Shown here in pieces: positions 54,677-64,000 of a stretch of DNA of 64,000 bases (the first letter of the stretch is position 1; each line of letters opens with the position of its first letter). Under the pieces are notes generated by a model, which did not search any database, was not told where the DNA came from, and saw nothing but the letters and a program-made list of their open reading frames with translations. The DNA is from a virus (Duplodnaviria > Caudoviricetes), in IMG/VR virus record IMGVR_UViG_3300029930_000001, positions 1 through 64,000 of that record. One strand, written 5' to 3'. The translations under genes and the position numbers were made by a program.

Positions 54677-55834
54677 ATGGCAGAAGTGGTCATTTCTGAA
54701 GAGACAATGATTGTCTCTGTTACAGAAGGGGAGAAAAACGAGACGGTTATTACTATCCCGGCTCGGCCTTCCATTGCATTATCCGCTACTGGCCCGCAGG
54801 GGCCAATTGGCACTGGCATTCCATCTGGCGGCACTGCTGGTGATTTACTGGTGCGCACGGCGTCTGGGACAAGCTGGACGGTCGATCCAGTGGTGGATAC
54901 GCTTACTGTTGACATCACAGCTAGTGGAGCAGTCGCGACAGGGCAAATGCGCTGGAACGATCGCGAGCACACGCTTGACGTGGGCATGTTGCGTGGAGTG
55001 GTGAATCAAGTGGGACAGGAGACAATGATGACCTGTCTCAATACCACTGCTGGCACTATTGGCAATGGCAAGGCGGTGATGTTTACTGGCACGGATGATG
55101 CCACCACTCATCCCACCATTGGTCCAATGATTGCCGACGGTTCAGTGCCAGGCAAGGTATTTTTTGGCGTGGCCACTGAAGACATTCCTGCAGGAGAGGA
55201 AGGATATGTGACAATTTTCGGGAAGGTGCGAGACATTGATACAAGCGCTTATCCTGAGGATGCTATTTTATGGCTCGATCCTAATAATCCTGGAGAATTT
55301 GTTTTAACGGAGCCCATAGCTCCTGCATTGAAGATTACTGCTGCGGCTGTTATTCGCTCCCATCCCACTGATGGTATTTTGCTGGTTAGGGCAGATGTTG
55401 GACAAAACTTGTCGGAATGCCATGATGTGGAAGCTGAAGCACCACTGACTGAACAATATTTAGGGTGGAACGAGGACATGCAGCATTGGATGCCTTATGA
55501 CATTCCAAACGCAGCTCCCAAAAGCATTACGATTAGCGAGCCCTTGGTGGGTGATTCTTTCACTTTGTTTCGCACGTCTAAGGCAACCACGCTGGCAGGT
55601 GTGACAAGCTTAGTGGCTGGAGAGAATCCTGCTGTTGGCTATCAAATTCGATATGCGGCAAACCGCACTGCGTCTGGCACTTTGGCCATTGTTCCTGCTG
55701 TCGCCAACAATACAACTATTGGAGCAGCGGCCACTGTACAGAACATGCCCATTCCATCGGGGAGCTATGTGTGGGTGAATATCACTACTGTTTCTGGCTT
55801 TGCAAGCGAATTTAATCTCTCCATTGCTTTTTAA
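54677..55834 (+). CDS. tail fibre/spike protein
   Basis: GPQGP.G short collagen-like motif, then beta-rich domains. Confidence 0.75.
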   Translation: MAEVVISEETMIVSVTEGEKNETVITIPARPSIALSATGPQGPIGTGIPSGGTAGDLLVRTASGTSWTVDPVVDTLTVDITASGAVATGQMRWNDREHTLDVGMLRGVVNQVGQETMMTCLNTTAGTIGNGKAVMFTGTDDATTHPTIGPMIADGSVPGKVFFGVATEDIPAGEEGYVTIFGKVRDIDTSAYPEDAILWLDPNNPGEFVLTEPIAPALKITAAAVIRSHPTDGILLVRADVGQNLSECHDVEAEAPLTEQYLGWNEDMQHWMPYDIPNAAPKSITISEPLVGDSFTLFRTSKATTLAGVTSLVAGENPAVGYQIRYAANRTASGTLAIVPAVANNTTIGAAATVQNMPIPSGSYVWVNITTVSGFASEFNLSIAF

Positions 55835-55869
55835 CGCTAAACTAAGGCAAGACATTCTTTACTATCGCC

Positions 55870-56289
55870 ATGGCGAGTTTCAATAAATTCAATTCTTTTG
55901 TCGAAGCGTTAGCGGAGAAAGTGCATAATCTTGGCAGTGACACGCTGACAGTGGCGCTTACCAATACGCTGCCTGTCAATACCAATACGCAACTTAGCAA
56001 TATCACTCAAATTTCTTATACCAACATTCAAAACGGCACGACTACTGGCCGCAATCTTACTGGCGTGACAAGCAGCCAAAGTAGTGGCACTTATACGCTT
56101 GACGCCTCTGATCTTACGCTAACTGCCACTGGTACTGTTCCTAACTTTCGATATGTGGTGTTGTACAACGAAACTGCCACTAATGACGAGCTTATTGGCT
56201 GGTATGACTATGGCAGCACGGTTTCATTGTTAACTGGTGAAACCTTTACGATCACTTGGGACGCCGCTGGTATTCTCACTCTCGCCTGA
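55870..56289 (+). CDS. virion structural protein
   Basis: MASFNKFNSF, DTL.VALTN, FRYVVLYN.T, LIGW.DYG. Confidence 0.8.
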   Translation: MASFNKFNSFVEALAEKVHNLGSDTLTVALTNTLPVNTNTQLSNITQISYTNIQNGTTTGRNLTGVTSSQSSGTYTLDASDLTLTATGTVPNFRYVVLYNETATNDELIGWYDYGSTVSLLTGETFTITWDAAGILTLA

Positions 56290-56307
56290 TAACTAGGAGG
56301 CGGACCA

Positions 56308-58599
56308 ATGGCTGTTGCACATAGCGCCTCATCAGAGAGTCATACAGGCGCAACTGGCTCAGCTAACCAGGCGAGCTTTAGTTGGACGCATACACAGACG
56401 GGCACGCCGCAAGGTGTGCTCGTTTTTGTTCATAACACTAATAGCGCCACGCTTTTAGCAACAAGCGTGACGTATGGTACTGTCACGCTTAATAAGATTG
56501 CTGAAGGCGTGGCAATTGATACGACCACTGAGCCCGGTCGTACTGATTTGTTCTTTGCCGGTTCTGGACTGCCCACTGGCAACCAGACTATTACTGTCAA
56601 TAGAACAAACAATGCCAGCATTATGTATGCAGCGGCGGCCACTGTTACGGCTGCCACTGATACAAATGTCACTGGTTTTGTGCTGTTGGAAAACGACGGC
56701 ACAATGGCGCAGCAGAATGTTGACGACGGCTCGCCTGGGACAAACAGTCTTCGCTATGCAGGAGCCTATAGCGGCTTAAACGCGCCTCCCACGGCTGGTG
56801 CCAATAGTACGTTACTGCAAAGCATTGACGTGGGCAACCAAAGCTGTGGCTTGGTGCGGGAAACCACGGCTGGACAAGGTTCACGGCCGGTTGGTTTTGC
56901 TACGGCCACTGATGACCGTGCTGCAGTGCATGTGGCAGTACGAGAGCGCTTTAATCGCACAGACAATGCCGTTAAGGGCACGTTTACCTTCACTGGCAAC
57001 CAAGCCACATTAGCTAGGGGGCTTGCATTTAACGTAATTAAAGGAGCCTTCATTTTTGCGGGCAATAATGCAGGGCTGGCTAATAATCATACGCTAGAAG
57101 CAGTTGCCGGTAGTTTTGCTTTTAATGGTAACAATGCAGAGTTAGACAAGGGAAGCAATCTTCTCGCTGATCCTGGAGCGTTTGTCTTAAGCGGCAATGA
57201 TGTTACGCTCACGATTGTTGTTGCTAAGGGATTCACGGCCGAGGCCGGCGTTTTCAATCTTGCGGGAAACAATGCAGAGCTAACTCGTGGCTCTCAAATT
57301 GCGGCCGAGACTGGTGCATTTGTTTTTGACGGCAAGCCGGTCACTTTACAAGACACTGATCGTTTAGAAGCAGAAGCTGGCAGCTTCGCGCTTGCTGGCA
57401 ATAATGTTTCCTTAACGAGAACTGTCAGCTTTATCGTTGAAGCTGGCACATTTGCGCTAGATGGAAAGAACGCTGATCTAGCAGACACTGATCGCCTAGA
57501 GGCGGAAAAAGGCGTTTTCGCACTCACTGGCAACAATGCCACTGTTCTCCATAGTTATTCCCTATCAGCAGAAGCTGGTAGTTTTTCAATTAGCGGGAAC
57601 AATGTTTCTTTCTTGCGCTCTTTTGCGCTTCCCGTCGATGCTGGAACCTTTGCGTTCACTGGCAATAATGCTGGCGTTTTCCACGGGCGCTATTTAAGTG
57701 GTGGTAATGGTAGCTTCGTTGAAACCGGACAAGACGTTTCTTTCGCACGTTCTTATGTAACAGAAGCGGGAACTGGCGTATTTAGCTTAGTTGGCAATCC
57801 TGCTGCCCTTACTGAACTTGGCGCCTACGAAATTGATCCGATTGTCGGCGGTTTTACGCTCACTGGCAAGACCGTCTCTTTAGCTGCTAGCACCATCTTC
57901 TCGGTGGATGCTGGCAGCTTTAGTATTGTCGGCCAAAACGTTTTATTTGCCATTGGCAAGGCCATTAATGTTGAAGCGGGCAGCTTTGCTCTTGGTGGGA
58001 ATAATGCAAGCTTAGTCCACGGTTCAAAGATAGACGCTGGGAGCGGCAGCTTTAGCTTTAACGGAAACAATATCGTTGTTGAGAAGAATTCTCAATTAGG
58101 AGCGAATGTTGGCAGCCTTGCTCTCAATGGCAACAATGCTTCATTCTCCATTGGGAAATCAATCAATGTAGAAAACGGCAGTTTTGCGCTCGTCGGCAAT
58201 GCCGCTTCGTTTGCTGAAGAGTCAGGAGCGTTTGTCGTTGAGCCTGGAGTGTTTGTTCTGCAAGGCAAGGCGGCAACTTTTGTCGTCAGTTCTGTTGTAG
58301 AAGCAGGCACGGGCGTTTTCTCTTTTATTGGTAATTCTGCTGGTCTAAGCAAAGGTTATGCCTTGTCTGCCGACGATGGCAGTTTTGCCTTGGCGGGCAA
58401 CAATGCGACGTTATTGGAAATCAATGTTTATTCGCTGCAAGCAAACACTGGCAGCTTCGCTTTAACAGGCAACGCTCCAGAACTCATCAAGGGCACGTTT
58501 TATATTTTTGACACGACCATTGCATCGTTTGTTATTGCTGGTAACAATGCCAATTTAGACCGAACGCGCATTCGCAGGCGCAACATTTTAATTTTTTAA
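56308..58599 (+). CDS. repeat-rich virion protein
   Basis: Globular N-terminus, about 550 aa of GxF.(L/F).GNNA repeats, C-terminal RTRIRRRNILIF. Confidence 0.75.
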   Translation: MAVAHSASSESHTGATGSANQASFSWTHTQTGTPQGVLVFVHNTNSATLLATSVTYGTVTLNKIAEGVAIDTTTEPGRTDLFFAGSGLPTGNQTITVNRTNNASIMYAAAATVTAATDTNVTGFVLLENDGTMAQQNVDDGSPGTNSLRYAGAYSGLNAPPTAGANSTLLQSIDVGNQSCGLVRETTAGQGSRPVGFATATDDRAAVHVAVRERFNRTDNAVKGTFTFTGNQATLARGLAFNVIKGAFIFAGNNAGLANNHTLEAVAGSFAFNGNNAELDKGSNLLADPGAFVLSGNDVTLTIVVAKGFTAEAGVFNLAGNNAELTRGSQIAAETGAFVFDGKPVTLQDTDRLEAEAGSFALAGNNVSLTRTVSFIVEAGTFALDGKNADLADTDRLEAEKGVFALTGNNATVLHSYSLSAEAGSFSISGNNVSFLRSFALPVDAGTFAFTGNNAGVFHGRYLSGGNGSFVETGQDVSFARSYVTEAGTGVFSLVGNPAALTELGAYEIDPIVGGFTLTGKTVSLAASTIFSVDAGSFSIVGQNVLFAIGKAINVEAGSFALGGNNASLVHGSKIDAGSGSFSFNGNNIVVEKNSQLGANVGSLALNGNNASFSIGKSINVENGSFALVGNAASFAEESGAFVVEPGVFVLQGKAATFVVSSVVEAGTGVFSFIGNSAGLSKGYALSADDGSFALAGNNATLLEINVYSLQANTGSFALTGNAPELIKGTFYIFDTTIASFVIAGNNANLDRTRIRRRNILIF

Positions 58600-58648
58600 C
58601 GACAGACAAAGCTCTGCTGTAACATAAAAGAAACAGGCACATTGTCTC

Positions 58649-58972
58649 ATGGCGCAAGAAATTTGGAACGGAGAACAATATGAAAAAATGCTTGTTGAAC
58701 CGCTTGGGCAGGTGGGAGTAGCGCGTCAATTGGCCGCTAGTTCTGGCAGCACCAATACACAATTAACAAGCACTTGCCAAAGGATTACTGTACGTGCAGT
58801 GACGGCCGACATTCGCTACGCCATTGGAAACGTTGCGCAGATAGCCACTGCCAGTGGTCATTTTATCGCTAGTGGCGAACGCCTTGATTTAGCAGTGCCT
58901 TTAAATGCAAACATTGCCGTCATTAGGAATGCAAGCACTGACGGCACTTTAGAACTGACGGAGCTCATCTAA
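58649..58972 (+). CDS. hypothetical structural protein
   Basis: 107 aa beta-rich. Confidence 0.7.
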   Translation: MAQEIWNGEQYEKMLVEPLGQVGVARQLAASSGSTNTQLTSTCQRITVRAVTADIRYAIGNVAQIATASGHFIASGERLDLAVPLNANIAVIRNASTDGTLELTELI

Positions 58973-59127
58973 TGCCAAGATTACGCATTACTCGCGTGAG
59001 CGCAACTGGAGCGGCTGGAGATGCTACCACAGTTATTGTTTCTGTGGTTGAAGATTATTTCGCTGATATTAGCGTTCAAATGTTCTCTTATAGTTTTTTC
59101 GGCTTTCCCGAGTGGTGGGGTAGTTAG
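58972..59127 (+). CDS. small hypothetical protein (51 aa)
   Basis: Translated by hand; TAATG overlap. Confidence 0.5.
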   Translation: MPRLRITRVSATGAAGDATTVIVSVVEDYFADISVQMFSYSFFGFPEWWGS

Positions 59128-59162
59128 AATCAAACTAACAGCATCAACATTGCAATAAATCA

Positions 59163-59522
59163 ATGGCGGCCCCTAATCTTAAGGCTCCAACAACCATTGT
59201 TGGAAAAACTGATGGTTATGCAGTTACTGCTAGTTTGGCTGCAGCGCTCACTAATAGCGCCGCTAGCGGTAAAGTCTTCAAGATCAACAGCGTCTACTGC
59301 GCCAACGTGGATGGGACTAACGCTGCTGACATCAGCCTCAGCTATTACAACGGCACCACGGACTTCTACCTGGCCAAGACCATTACAGTCCCTGCTGATG
59401 CCACGCAGGTGCTGGTGACTCGCGAGGCATACATCTACCTGGAGGAAGGCGACAGCCTTCGCGCCGTCGCAAACGCCGCCAGCGACCTGGAGCTTGTCAT
59501 CAGCTATGAGGAGATCAGCTAA
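59163..59522 (+). CDS. structural protein
   Basis: MAAPNL, KINS...ANVDG, I.VP.DA, YLEEGD. Confidence 0.8.
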   Translation: MAAPNLKAPTTIVGKTDGYAVTASLAAALTNSAASGKVFKINSVYCANVDGTNAADISLSYYNGTTDFYLAKTITVPADATQVLVTREAYIYLEEGDSLRAVANAASDLELVISYEEIS

Positions 59523-60319
59523 TGCTTGGCCTGAACTCTGGACTGCTTGGCGTGCGCCGTGTGCCTACAACGGGCAGCGCTTCTGGGTTATGGGTGCCGA
59601 ATGAGCAGAGCCTTGCCAAGCGCGCTGCGATTTGGCCAAAAGTCGTGACTGATCCCACTGCTGGGCTGTCGCCTGTGCTTTGGTATGACTTCTCAGATGA
59701 AGCAACTGTAACCACATCGGGCACTGAAATCACGGCAATAACTGACAAAGGCAGTCGCGGGTGGGCATTATCTAAAAGTGCAACAGGCCCGCAATATGTG
59801 ACGGGCATTAACAGCAAGAAGTGCTTGGATTGGGGGGCATCTGCCGCGCACACAAAATATATGCTTAACAGCAGTACAACATCAACCACAATCGGGGAGG
59901 TTTATGTTGTTGTTGATGCTAGCTTCGGGGGCAATATAGGCGGCAGTGGATACGCTGGGCTTTTTACTTCCGCCGACAATGCGTGGTTTGTGCTTGGGGC
60001 TGGTGGCGGCCTCATTGAAAGTGCCACTGGATTTGACAGACTCTATATCAATGGCGGCGCCACTAATAGATACTCGACTTTGTTCAGCAGCCCATCTATT
60101 GACAATCCGGCGATCCTTAGGGTTAATAATTCATCAAGCACAACATTCAACACCACAGGCGGATTTCAAATTGGCAACGACCGTGGAAACTCCTTTCTTG
60201 AGCGGGGCTGGTCTGGCCTGATTGGAGAGTATATCGTATTCTCTTCTGTACTAAGCAGCACAGATAGAGACTCTCTACAGGAGTGGCTAGCCTTTAAGTG
60301 GGGCATTACACTCGTCTAA
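59522..60319 (+). CDS. LamG/concanavalin-like putative receptor-binding protein
   Basis: P.LWYD.SD, G.I.E.IVF...LS..DR. Confidence 0.75.
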   Translation: MLGLNSGLLGVRRVPTTGSASGLWVPNEQSLAKRAAIWPKVVTDPTAGLSPVLWYDFSDEATVTTSGTEITAITDKGSRGWALSKSATGPQYVTGINSKKCLDWGASAAHTKYMLNSSTTSTTIGEVYVVVDASFGGNIGGSGYAGLFTSADNAWFVLGAGGGLIESATGFDRLYINGGATNRYSTLFSSPSIDNPAILRVNNSSSTTFNTTGGFQIGNDRGNSFLERGWSGLIGEYIVFSSVLSSTDRDSLQEWLAFKWGITLV

Positions 60320-60342
60320 GAGCACCTTCCTCGCAATAACCA

Positions 60343-60372
60343 ATGGCCAGCCTCATCTACAACTCCTGCGTT
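60343..60372 (+). pseudogene. truncated gene start (MASLIYNSCV), possible recombination scar
   Basis: Leader plus about 10 codons resembling the 55870 family start, cut off next to the 3' end of the convergent gene. Confidence 0.35.
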
Positions 60373-60379
60373 AATGTTT

Positions 60380-60772
60380 CTATTTGCCTAATGACCAGGT
60401 GATACGCATTTCACTGCCCAATGCTTTCACTGCATCGCTGGCGTTGTCGGGGGCCGGATGTTCAATTATCACTGACGGAACCACGGCATTGGGCAATGGA
60501 GTGACAGTGGCTGTGGGAAAAAGCTCTTGAGCTTTCTGTGCAAGCTTGCCAGCAACAATGCTTTTGTCTTCTTCTTCCCATTGTTGGACTAAAGCTTTCG
60601 CTTCTTTGTCCACTTTTTCCATGGTGATGCGTGTGCGCCATTCTGTCCAATCAGGACGACAGTTGGCCATCATTTGCTTGAACCATTCCTGAAAAGCAAG
60701 AGAAGGCCGCCTAATGGCGGCCCATAAACCAAGCTCGTAGCACATTGCATTGAGCCAGCTTTGTAAGGTCAT
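60380..60772 (-). CDS. hypothetical protein (lysis cluster)
   Basis: 130 aa, overlaps the endolysin stop. Confidence 0.7.
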   Translation of the reverse strand: MTLQSWLNAMCYELGLWAAIRRPSLAFQEWFKQMMANCRPDWTEWRTRITMEKVDKEAKALVQQWEEEDKSIVAGKLAQKAQELFPTATVTPLPNAVVPSVIIEHPAPDNASDAVKALGSEMRITWSLGK

Positions 60773-61716
60773 CCCTCTTGAAACACTGAAATATAGACCG
60801 TGCCTGTTTTGGTGAGAGGAAGAATTTTATCGCGAAGATCAATGTTATAGCAACGCACGCATCCGTGAGTTGGCACTAAAGGTTGCTTTGGAGCCCATGC
60901 ACCGGGCCAGCCATTGGCACTTCCACCGCCATGCGTCATGATTCCAGCCCTGCCATTACCAGCTTCTTGATTCTCTAGCTCGATCATGTCAAAACTGTAC
61001 CAGCCATAAGCCATGAGAGTGCGATCGTAAGCAGGCTTATCACCCACTTTCTCATAGTCTTTGTAAACGGCGCCAATTTTGTACAGCCCAGGCGGCGTGT
61101 CAGAATTTGTAGTCTTCCATTCAAAATCACTATATTGACCACGGGCAAGGCAAGGAATCTCCCAAAGCAGTTTTCCTTCATAGGAAAACGCCTTCATAGT
61201 TTCCACTGCATCGTTAACAATCAAATGGGAATCGCCAGACTTAAAACCAAAATCTTGCGGACGTTTCTTGGGGCCAATCATGATAGAAGACGTGGGTTCA
61301 GGAGCGTATTGTTTCATGAGCCGCGATAGTTTCGCGGGGTAATCTGGATCAGTGGCATAGCTTTGATCTTTTAATGCGCGTGCAGCGGCATAACGATTGG
61401 GAGCATTGTTAATGCCTTTGAAATGACGGTAGTCTTTGTACCATCGCGTGACAAGATAATCAATGCAGGCGGCAAGGCTGGGAAAGTCAATAAAACCAGC
61501 TTTAATAGTCACCCATTGACCGTCGTACCATTCTTGCGTAGTAGTAGCAGTGCCAGGCCCCTTAATTCCTAAATAGTTCTCCTTGCCAGACGTATGTTTG
61601 CCAAAGCCGCTTTCAAGGCTGCATTGAGCGGCTACAAGCTCAGGATAGCGAGCTCCCAGCCGCTTAGCGATGGCATAGCATTCATCCCAGAACGCCTGGT
61701 CTGAAGGCCATTCCAT
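60769..61716 (-). CDS. endolysin: GH73-like glucosaminidase fused to a YkuD-like L,D-transpeptidase domain
   Basis: AQ..LES.FG, N..GIK, YATDP.Y..KL; C-terminal TPPG.Y, I..HGG...THGCVR. Confidence 0.8.
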   Translation of the reverse strand: MEWPSDQAFWDECYAIAKRLGARYPELVAAQCSLESGFGKHTSGKENYLGIKGPGTATTTQEWYDGQWVTIKAGFIDFPSLAACIDYLVTRWYKDYRHFKGINNAPNRYAAARALKDQSYATDPDYPAKLSRLMKQYAPEPTSSIMIGPKKRPQDFGFKSGDSHLIVNDAVETMKAFSYEGKLLWEIPCLARGQYSDFEWKTTNSDTPPGLYKIGAVYKDYEKVGDKPAYDRTLMAYGWYSFDMIELENQEAGNGRAGIMTHGGGSANGWPGAWAPKQPLVPTHGCVRCYNIDLRDKILPLTKTGTVYISVFQEG

Positions 61717-61719
61717 AGC

Positions 61720-61863
61720 TTACTTGCCCACGCGGAAGATGGTCTTCAGGCCTTCCATCAAAAGCTGAAGCACGTTGTTTGCTTTAAGGGGAGAGTGGTC
61801 AAGGATTTGGTCGAGAGCGACAACGACAATGCCGCCAATGATGAACCATTCAGCGCCAGTCAT
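61720..61863 (-). CDS. small holin-like membrane protein (47 aa)
   Basis: Translated by hand: MTGAEWFIIGGIVVVALDQILDHSPLKANNVLQLLMEGLKTIFRVGK. Confidence 0.6.
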   Translation of the reverse strand: MTGAEWFIIGGIVVVALDQILDHSPLKANNVLQLLMEGLKTIFRVGK

Positions 61864-61892
61864 GATGATAAAGGCGAGGGGATGTAAATAGC

Positions 61893-62108
61893 CTAGCGTT
61901 CTGTCTCTAAAGAGCGCACCCTGTTCTCAAGGCCGCTCATATTGTTGGTTAACGTGGTAAGTTTTTCAGTGATACTTTCAATTTGCACTGCCACTTTCGC
62001 CTGTTGATTGCCAACAGTGATGAGCATTGCGCCGGTAGAAAGCAGCATGCCGGCCGTAACAGTGGCCACAAAATTCATCAAGCCGTCTTGAAAACTCTTC
62101 ATGGCCAT
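61893..62108 (-). CDS. transmembrane plus coiled-coil lysis-associated protein
   Basis: N-terminal hydrophobic helix, then L..RV..LE coiled coil. Confidence 0.6.
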   Translation of the reverse strand: MAMKSFQDGLMNFVATVTAGMLLSTGAMLITVGNQQAKVAVQIESITEKLTTLTNNMSGLENRVRSLETER

Positions 62109-62188
62109 GGTGCAATATAAAAATTGTAGCTTGTTTCGGCAGTCTCTATTTGGTTGTTAGATTGTTGGCAAGACAATTTAATAGCGCC

Positions 62189-62671
62189 ATGCTGAGAGCG
62201 AATGGTCCCGATGAGCTATTGCATTCCCTCATTGAACTTCGCCCTGGAGATGCCAAACGTCGTTTTAGAAAAAGTATCTTTGAAGACTATTTCCTGCGTG
62301 GCCCATTAGGGCAATGTGCATGTGCATATTGCGGACGATGGGGAGAGAAGATGACCATTGATCACATTGTCCCCAAAAGCAAAGGCGGCCCGCACTTTGC
62401 TAAATACAACATGGTGCCGGCATGTCAAAAATGTAATTTAGACAAGGGCAATTTGCCCATTCTTGAATGGTGGCGTCCACAGCAATTTTGGACGGAAAAG
62501 CGAGAAGAAGCTTTAATGTCGTGGGTGTATTGTCATAGCTTTGTTAGTGCCCATACAAATCAAAAGGATCTGGAGGACTGGTGTGAGCGCCGTGGCATTG
62601 CACTGCCGTTTCATGAAACAATTGAGCATGAAAAAGGCCCCTTTTGGGGCCTTTGTTGTAATGCCGCTTAG
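62189..62671 (+). CDS. HNH endonuclease
   Basis: CAYCG, TIDHIVPKSKGG, N.VPACQKCN..KG. Confidence 0.9.
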   Translation: MLRANGPDELLHSLIELRPGDAKRRFRKSIFEDYFLRGPLGQCACAYCGRWGEKMTIDHIVPKSKGGPHFAKYNMVPACQKCNLDKGNLPILEWWRPQQFWTEKREEALMSWVYCHSFVSAHTNQKDLEDWCERRGIALPFHETIEHEKGPFWGLCCNAA

Positions 62672-63045
62672 TCCTTAATTGGAGGAAAAATAGCGCCACT
62701 TTCGGGCGGTTTGTCATAGCGCACGTTTGGCATGGGACAAAACCCATCCTTGCATTCCATTGAAGACTGCTCAATGGCTTCAAGCGCTTCTTTTTCCCTG
62801 TCATTTTCAAGGGCAAAGATGAGCTGTTTGAGATACCACTTGGCCTTTTGCAAATCTTCAAGGCCGTTTTTGGTCTCATAGCGCCAAACATACTTCAGCA
62901 AATTGCCTTTCAAGAAGCCCCGAAAAGCTTCTTCAGACATTGACGCTTCCATCGCTTCAATACATTCAATACCACCAAAGGCATAATGTGCAGGGCGATC
63001 CACGGGATGAAAAACGTTGGGAGTGTTATCAATGGTCATGATCAA
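62668..63045 (-). CDS. DUF3310 (SaV-like) protein
   Basis: V..PAHY..GGIECIEA, F..GN.LKYVWR...KNG.EDL.KA.WYL. Confidence 0.9.
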   Translation of the reverse strand: MIMTIDNTPNVFHPVDRPAHYAFGGIECIEAMEASMSEEAFRGFLKGNLLKYVWRYETKNGLEDLQKAKWYLKQLIFALENDREKEALEAIEQSSMECKDGFCPMPNVRYDKPPESGAIFPPIKD

Positions 63046-63755
63046 AAAGAGGATTGGTGGAGATCAAAAGCTTCAAACGCTTCCTTGAACAATGGCCGGG
63101 CCAGTAGGGACAATGCCTGAGCATAGGCTTGAATTTCGCCCTGTGCGTCGCCTTTGTCGCGAAGCCCAATGAAATGGAGAAGAGCCTGGAGGCTGCAGGT
63201 CCAGACGAAGCTCGTATAGTGACTAGTTGGCAAGATGCCCCTGGCCTGTTCCTTGCTCACGCCTAGCGTTAGAAGGGCGCTGTAAGCCTGTTTCGCCTGC
63301 TGTAAGGCCTTGGCATATTCGATGGATGCCACATGGTTCATAGTGGCGTCCAGGGGGCCGTCAGAGGCTTGTTTGTTGCTTGCGCTTTGACGACGGAACT
63401 GGCGGGGCATGTAGAACTGCTCACTATCAGCTTCGCAATAGCGAAAGCTTTTCTCGTTCCAGCCCAATTGATCATTCGCGAACGTGCCACCAATCACATG
63501 CTTCCACCATTGCCTCGCCACGTATAGCGGAGCTTTCACTTGCCATTTCGTAACCACTCCACGAAACGGGCTGGTATGTTCATGCTTGACAAGATAGTTC
63601 AAAAGCTTTTGATCCTTTTCCGACCATTCTTGGCTTGCTTGATCAAAGCTTTGCCTGGCGTCACAGACAATATCTAAGCTTGTTCCCATCCAATCAATTA
63701 GACGCACCATGCTGATGCCGTCCATCAGCGGGTCAATGCGTTCAGCGGGAGTCAT
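63042..63755 (-). CDS. thyX: flavin-dependent thymidylate synthase
   Basis: H.SPF, P..VARQW.KH, NEKS.RY, KEQAR..LP, AQ.EI..YA. Confidence 0.9.
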   Translation of the reverse strand: MTPAERIDPLMDGISMVRLIDWMGTSLDIVCDARQSFDQASQEWSEKDQKLLNYLVKHEHTSPFRGVVTKWQVKAPLYVARQWWKHVIGGTFANDQLGWNEKSFRYCEADSEQFYMPRQFRRQSASNKQASDGPLDATMNHVASIEYAKALQQAKQAYSALLTLGVSKEQARGILPTSHYTSFVWTCSLQALLHFIGLRDKGDAQGEIQAYAQALSLLARPLFKEAFEAFDLHQSSF

Positions 63756-63999
63756 AAATCAAAGAGAATGGTCGAAGTCGTTGCAAACTGATTGTAGGAG
63801 CAATGTCCGTAGCTGAATGCCAGCGTACTTGTGCTTTACGGGATCTTCCACTTTCATCAAATCCAACAATGGTGCCAACAATGGAAGATGGCATCCATCC
63901 GGCAGCAGTACATTGCACATAGACCACTTGCTGTCCAACGGCCCATTCATGGTGACGAGGCGTGCGAGGAAGGTGGTAGGGGCGGTAGCCCGCCTGCAA
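63742..63999 (-). CDS. hypothetical protein, possibly 5'-truncated by the window end
   Basis: ORF reaches the window edge; stop overlaps the thyX start region. Confidence 0.5.
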   Translation of the reverse strand: MQAGYRPYHLPRTPRHHEWAVGQQVVYVQCTAAGWMPSSIVGTIVGFDESGRSRKAQVRWHSATDIAPTISLQRLRPFSLIYDSR

Positions 64000-64000
64000 T

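Overview
64 kb of a lytic tailed dsDNA phage (siphovirus-type long non-contractile tail). The host is most likely a picocyanobacterium, inferred from the minimal cyanophage-type ribonucleotide reductase, tRNA-Leu(UAA), thyX and SD-less pyrimidine-rich leaders. Layout: (i) 1-6213 small early genes on + with sigma70-like promoters and intrinsic terminators (RlpA, solitary HicA-like, DUF932, P-loop kinase); (ii) about 6200-9900 a repeat-bounded tract with extreme pyrimidine skew on + and strong GT/AC depletion that still encodes genes, including a GP88-like protein; (iii) 9951-16773 homing-type endonucleases, RNR alpha/beta, a structured-RNA cluster, phosphoesterase and tRNA-Leu; (iv) 16818-18691 terminase large subunit on the minus strand; (v) 18749-30668 head module (extended portal, MuF-like, five-gene glycosyl/methyltransferase cassette, DUF2213 protease, decoration protein, DUF2184 capsid); (vi) 30665-60319 neck, tail, tape measure, tail tip and several fibre modules; (vii) 60380-64000 lysis genes, HNH, DUF3310 and thyX. 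No integrase, CRISPR array or reverse transcriptase is visible. Best leads: the compositionally constrained tract and its boundary signals (candidate terminal-repeat or first-entry DNA), a second programmed -1 frameshift in a head gene, recurrent [RKH]-x-D motifs suggesting polyprotein processing, two unannotated structured RNAs, and RpaB/HLR1-like boxes at early promoters. Family names come from motif recognition by eye, not from database searches.
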